This document shows, one piece after another, positions 59,379 through 64,000 of a stretch of DNA of 64,000 nt. The stretch is taken from contig JAUPSS010000003.1 in the NCBI GenBank assembly GCA_040285825.1, positions 2,914,001 through 2,978,000 on the forward strand, read 5' to 3'. Both the position numbers and the translations under genes were made by a program. This DNA comes from Eukaryota sp. TZLM1-RC. Lineage: Eukaryota; Protista; Metamonada: BaSk clade. Below the pieces are notes generated by a model. The model was given only the letters and a program-made list of their open reading frames with translations, made no database searches and was not told the DNA's origin. Every line of letters starts with the position of its first letter. The first letter of the stretch is position 1.

Positions 59379-61262
59379 ATGTCCCGCAGACCTATGACAT
59401 CAGCTGGCAGAGCTTTAGCAGAAGCTAGAGCTTCTGTTGGTCGTGTACCTTCACTTGCTGCAGGAGGTTTTCGCCCTCTTCCACCTACTGAACGACCTGT
59501 TACACCAGCATCTGATTCCCAATTCCCAGGCGTTTACACCCCTCGTCCTGGTAGCAGTATAGGTCCCCGCCCTTCTTCAAAAGCAACATCCCGTCGCCTC
59601 GCTCCTCTCTCTGCATCCACTCCTTCTCAACCCAAATCCCAACCACCATCTCGTCTTGATTCCGCCAGCTCTACCACATCCAGTACTTCTGACACCAAAC
59701 TTTCTTACTCTGATAAACTCTCTATCCTTTTCTCCAATCTTTCTTCCTCGCTCACTCTTCCTCCTGACATAGAACCATCTGATGTCCAGTCATTTAGACC
59801 CCAATGGGAAGCCGCACAGAAAGCAGTTGAATCTATAAAGAAGTACTCTGGCTCTTCTAAAACCTCTCACCTCTTCTTCTCTCTTCATTTTTGCTCAGTG
59901 CTCAACACAGTCACCTTCAAACTACTCAACATCCTGGTGAACCTAAGCCATGACCAAGAATTAATAGAAGTTTGTTTACCTCTTTTGGAAACTTTGCTAG
60001 ATGACGATGAAGAAATTAGTGAGAAGAGGCTATCATTGATTAGGTTGTCAAGTTGTCTGACTGACATGTCTGATGTCGTTAGTTTTGATCTCTTTTCTCA
60101 AATGACTGAAAATTTAACCTCAATACTAAGAGCAATGTCAAATGATCCAGACGCTTGTTCGACTGAAATTAGAGATTATTCGGTTTATGGATGCTTGGGA
60201 GTGCTGATGAGAGTCTTTGTTAGTAGTAGAAAAGTAGTATACAACATATCGAGAATTGTTTCAAAACTCTCGCTGACGTCATCCGCTCAAAATGATATGT
60301 CGAATTCTCCCCAATTTTTGAGCTCAATACCTAAAATTTTACCGCAGTATGAGGGGGACAATGCTATTCTTGTTCGTTTTGCCTTTGCGCTTGGTAATTT
60401 GGCTGCTTCCTATGATGAACCAAGAGTATCTTTTGCATTGACTTGTTCTGGAATTCCTTTACTAATGTCCATATTAATAAAACGAACTCATCATTTATTA
60501 GAAACAATCAGCAACAGTTCCATTGATGACGTCATCACAGACGATGCTGATGTGATGGTTAAATTGATTAGATTGGTTGCCAATTTGTCCATCAATCCAG
60601 AAGTTGGAGCTTTTATTGCCTGCAAAGAAGAAATTCAAATGTTGGAATGGATTATTTGTTCAAATTTAGAATTAAATTCAGAACTATTACACAATACCAT
60701 AGCCTGTACTACTAATCTGAGCTATTATTCAACACAAAGGAATGTTTTACTAAACACCTGTGGGGTTGAGATTTCTCAAAAATTGATTGATATTTTGATT
60801 GATTCAAATGCTTCTCGTGATTTAAAGTTAGAATCAGCACGAGCTCTCGGAAACCTATCACGTGATTCAGAGGTCAGAAACCTGTTGACTGGTCATAATT
60901 GGAGCTCAAAAACAGGAGTTTCTGTCCTCACCTCATTTTTAGCTTCTGATTCTGATCTATCTGCTGCTTGTTGTGGAGTTTTGATGAACATTGCTGCTGA
61001 TCCTGATCATAGAACTTGTTTGGTAGTGTCAGGAACTATTCCTTTATTGATTGAAGTCGTGGAAAGTCAAGAGGAAGCTGCTGTGTCTGCTGCGTTAAAA
61101 ACTCTGTTCAATCACGCACTCCACAATCAAAATCCTTTTGATGATGGTCAAGTTTCCCTTTTGAAAGGGGTCTGTAAGGGATTGGTTGCCAGTAGTGATG
61201 ATGTTGACCTTTTGGATGTTGCGAATAGACTTGTTGAGTTTTTGAGTGTTCGTAGCGAATAG
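59379..61262 (+). CDS. Armadillo repeat protein, ARMC2-like
   Basis: 'VRFAFALGNL', 'KLIRLVANLSINPEVG', 'NLSYY', 'ARALGNLSR' and 'CGVLMN'; disordered RP-rich N-terminus. Confidence 0.8.
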   Translation: MSRRPMTSAGRALAEARASVGRVPSLAAGGFRPLPPTERPVTPASDSQFPGVYTPRPGSSIGPRPSSKATSRRLAPLSASTPSQPKSQPPSRLDSASSTTSSTSDTKLSYSDKLSILFSNLSSSLTLPPDIEPSDVQSFRPQWEAAQKAVESIKKYSGSSKTSHLFFSLHFCSVLNTVTFKLLNILVNLSHDQELIEVCLPLLETLLDDDEEISEKRLSLIRLSSCLTDMSDVVSFDLFSQMTENLTSILRAMSNDPDACSTEIRDYSVYGCLGVLMRVFVSSRKVVYNISRIVSKLSLTSSAQNDMSNSPQFLSSIPKILPQYEGDNAILVRFAFALGNLAASYDEPRVSFALTCSGIPLLMSILIKRTHHLLETISNSSIDDVITDDADVMVKLIRLVANLSINPEVGAFIACKEEIQMLEWIICSNLELNSELLHNTIACTTNLSYYSTQRNVLLNTCGVEISQKLIDILIDSNASRDLKLESARALGNLSRDSEVRNLLTGHNWSSKTGVSVLTSFLASDSDLSAACCGVLMNIAADPDHRTCLVVSGTIPLLIEVVESQEEAAVSAALKTLFNHALHNQNPFDDGQVSLLKGVCKGLVASSDDVDLLDVANRLVEFLSVRSE

Positions 61263-61400
61263 TTTGCTTTTTTTAAAAAGTTAAACAAATCTTTTTGTAC
61301 TTTAAAATTCCATGTTATAAGTTAATTATTGCTATTAAATTTTGATTATTAATCTTATTATTGCACAAACACATGACAAATTTAGAGTAGCATGTAACAA

Positions 61401-61474
61401 ACTAAATCTCCGCATCATCATAGAAAGATCCCAAAGGGTTTGTCTTAAATGAATCACATAGCTTGAGATTCAGT
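61401..61474 (-). promoter_or_regulatory. SECIS element, type II (GUGA core)
   Basis: Minus strand reads ACTGAATCTC-aagctat-GTGA-TTCATTTAAGAC-AAA-CCCTTTGGG-ATCTTTCTATGA-TGAT-gcg-GAGATTTAGT, with a 10-bp helix I. Confidence 0.85.
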
Positions 61475-61491
61475 AAGTATAAAAACTTCAC

Positions 61492-61782
61492 CTAGGCTCA
61501 GGCCTTACAACTCTTCGTAGGGTCTTTAGGAGGTTCAATGATCGGCTTTAATATAGACTCCATTTCCTCAACGGTTGCCACTCTGTTTGTCGATTCAAAG
61601 AGAAGCTCGTTAGTCATTTCCCATACTACAGAGAATACATCTGGTCTTGGTTCTATATCATCTTCTAGGTAATCAACATTGTACTTGACAGCAATTCTAC
61701 CGGGAAATCGACGTCTCAAAGAGGAAAGGAGGGACAAGCAGTCGTCCTTCAAATAGTTGCAAACTTCTATTAAGAGAAGCAT
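61492..61782 (-). CDS. Small Rdx/SelW-like protein, predicted selenoprotein with C-terminal CxxU (...SCKA-U-A*)
   Basis: TGA (61500-61498) GCC TAG followed by a SECIS. Paralogue of 4220..4519 (shared RFPGRI.VKYNVDYLEDDI.PRP). Confidence 0.8.
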
Positions 61783-61810
61783 TTAACTGATATGGTAATA
61801 AATCTTAATA

Positions 61811-63548
61811 CTAATACTCAACATTCTTTCCCACACTCACTGATCGTTGCAGTAGCATTGGTCTACAATTATCATGAATATGACAGTACGTAATCCTGTA
61901 CATGTTTAGAGCACTGTTAACATCCCTATCCCAATAGACGCCACATTCACTGTTTTGACAGTGTAGCAGTCCATGGCATGGGACTAGTTTTGACACCACC
62001 TTTTTTATATTCAAATTTTGTTGAAGATCTTGAATTTTGTTTTCAAGAATTTGAATAGAATCAGCATCATAATCCGGTTTTTTAACCACTCGCAAGTCAT
62101 TCTTTAACCTCTGCTTCTTACATTTGAATCTTTTATAGGCATTTGGATCTTTGACCTTTACATCACATTTGGTATTTCCTTCGCGATGATTTTCAACACA
62201 AGCAGCACATCTCTTACTGGTACGATATTCGGCTACTAATTATACTCTTATACCAGCTTTTCTCAGAATTCTTCTTAGCCCAACACCTCTGATTGTGCTG
62301 GCTTTACCTTTTCGGTTTGTCTTGGCGTCCCAATCACCAAGGCCAATTACAATATTGTGAGCCTCAGCTTTTAACTCTGCTTTTAATCGGTTAACCCAGG
62401 CAGCCTCACTCTTTTGTTTATTTATATATTTGTATAGAGTGTGGCGCCTGAACAAAGGGTCTTGATAAATGGGACAGAGCAATTGATCGTGGAGTAGTTT
62501 CATGTTAATATACTCCTTGAATTCCTGCAGACTCAAAGATTTTTGTGGAATTTTCTGATAATTTATTAGAAATTTCTTGTACTGACACTACGGTTTGCGT
62601 AGATGGTAAATTAAATTCTTCGTGAAATCGGGAAGAGATTTAGTGATTTCCTCTTCACCGTTGATTCTTTTCATAACTGCAGTTTTGAAAGAGTTTTCAC
62701 TGCTCTCAATCCTAAAAATGATCGAGTTCAAGTAGTTTGTTTCCGTTTCTCTGAACTTCTCTGTTTGAAGTCCAAAGTTTCGTCTACCATCAGTGTAAGA
62801 ATTAATAATTAGTTTGTCTCTTTTTTCATTCATTTTTTTTCTTTTTTCATTAAATGTTTTTTTGGGTTTTTTGTTTTTTTTTGTTTTTTTTTCATTTTTT
62901 TCCTTGTTTTCTTCACCACGCTTATCATTATTTTTGAATTTTTCACTTTTTTTCCTTTCTGCTTCAGTCATGGATTCCTTTGGGCTCAATATGACTGATC
63001 TCAGCAGAATATGATTGACTGATTTGGTAAGGAATCAAACTGATACCAGTTTGGTATCATATTCGTTAGGGTCTATTCCAGCAATGACTTTACCTTCTGA
63101 TGAATTCAGTTCATCTTCACAAAGATCATGAATCCTTTTGTTTGTCTCTGCATTTTTTCAAATCATTGCGCTTGTGTTGAACAGAAACTCCACAGCCATC
63201 TGTCAGAATACTTCCGTCAAAAACGTAACCATGAGTATTTTTGGCCATGGCATTATGCTGCATGTTGAGTACCCTTTTCCAAGTTGTGAGACTTTTTTCA
63301 TCAACGTCAATCGTTTGATCGTCACTTTCTGGAGTTTCATCAAACTCTGTGATGGGGAGTACGGTGGATTCATCAGACAGTTCTCTTGATTGATTAATAG
63401 TAATTTGCATACTTCTGGTTTCAACCCGCAAATATGCTGGAGAAAGGGATGTTCTGATAGAAAAAACTTTGTAAATGAATAAATGATTATGTTTTTTCCC
63501 TTCAGCAATTTCGATTAATTCCTCAGAAATACGACTGAGGTCCGCCAT
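61811..63548 (-). pseudogene. Degraded Fanzor1-type nuclease
   Basis: 'FDGSILTDG.GVSV', RuvC-I 'IAGIDPN' (about 63070-63090), 'GDW', RuvC-II 'AEYRTSKRCAAC', 'CHGLLHC..C' and RuvC-III 'WDRDVNSALN'. Several stops and frameshifts. Confidence 0.88.
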
Positions 63549-63619
63549 TAGTATAAAAGATCTTTTAAGATAATTTTCCCAATTTGCCCGTATATCTTAA
63601 AATTGTATAATATTTTGAT

Positions 63620-64000
63620 TTGTAAGAAAAAATTGAAAGATAACGAGGAACTTAATTCTGAAAAATTTGTTTTTGAATCTTCGTTAATAAATACTGAGCC
63701 TCAAAATTCAAACATATTTGCGGAAGATTTGAATTCTAATTCTTTGACCTTATCTAACGTTGATCATGATGCTCCAGTTCGTCTTCCTAACACTTGTATT
63801 TTTTGTTCAAAAGATCTAACTGAGTCAGTCAACGGTCGGCCAGTTTTATTTTGCAAATCATGTACTGGCAAGGATACTTTGAGACCCCCTGTGAAAGTTC
63901 CTGTTGACACCAGCCCCGCAAGTTCAATTCCTTTGTCTTTAGAACTGCGAAAATTTTCTTCTCAATTAAAGAAGACTAATAATTGGGCCATTACTGATTT
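63620..64000 (+). other. Open frame running off the window with CxxC...CxxC, possibly a retroelement N-terminus
   Basis: Reads 'TCIFCSKD...LFCKSC' with no stop before the window end. Confidence 0.3.

Noticed and set aside
1-64000. Alternative genetic code (general TGA or TAG reassignment)
   Set aside because: Conserved host genes end at TAA, TAG and TGA normally. Internal stops are confined to decayed elements and the three SECIS-linked TGAs.

Overview
AT-rich, gene-dense eukaryotic DNA, most likely a flagellated protist; the taxon cannot be fixed from this window. It uses the standard code with very short (27-31 nt) GT-AG introns. Host genes: two MFS transporters, a glutaredoxin, eIF4E, a BTB/KCTD protein, NOP14, a Rab, an importin-7/8-like protein, tepsin, WDR62/MAPKBP1-like, thioredoxin reductase, fructosamine kinase, DPH2-like, ARMC2-like and tRNA-Gly(TCC). 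Intergenic space is filled with mobile-element relics: a MULE transposase, many RLE-type non-LTR retrotransposon pieces including a tandem array with a nested mini LTR element and a solo LTR, and six Fanzor (eukaryotic TnpB-like) copies from about four families. Main results: (1) three genes appear to read UGA as selenocysteine, each followed by a SECIS hairpin with a GUGA core instead of AUGA. One is the expected TrxR (GNCUG). The other two are small Rdx/SelW-like paralogues whose N-terminal CxxU is lost and whose Sec is the penultimate residue (GGG-U-V and CKA-U-A), a candidate new selenoprotein family. (2) A Fanzor-derived element carries a 2A ribosomal-skip motif (DVEANPGP). (3) A near-intact Fanzor has an N-terminal zinc knuckle and a readable omegaRNA. 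(4) All six Fanzor 3' ends point at the start of a co-oriented host gene. All calls come from reading the sequence by eye; no searches were run.
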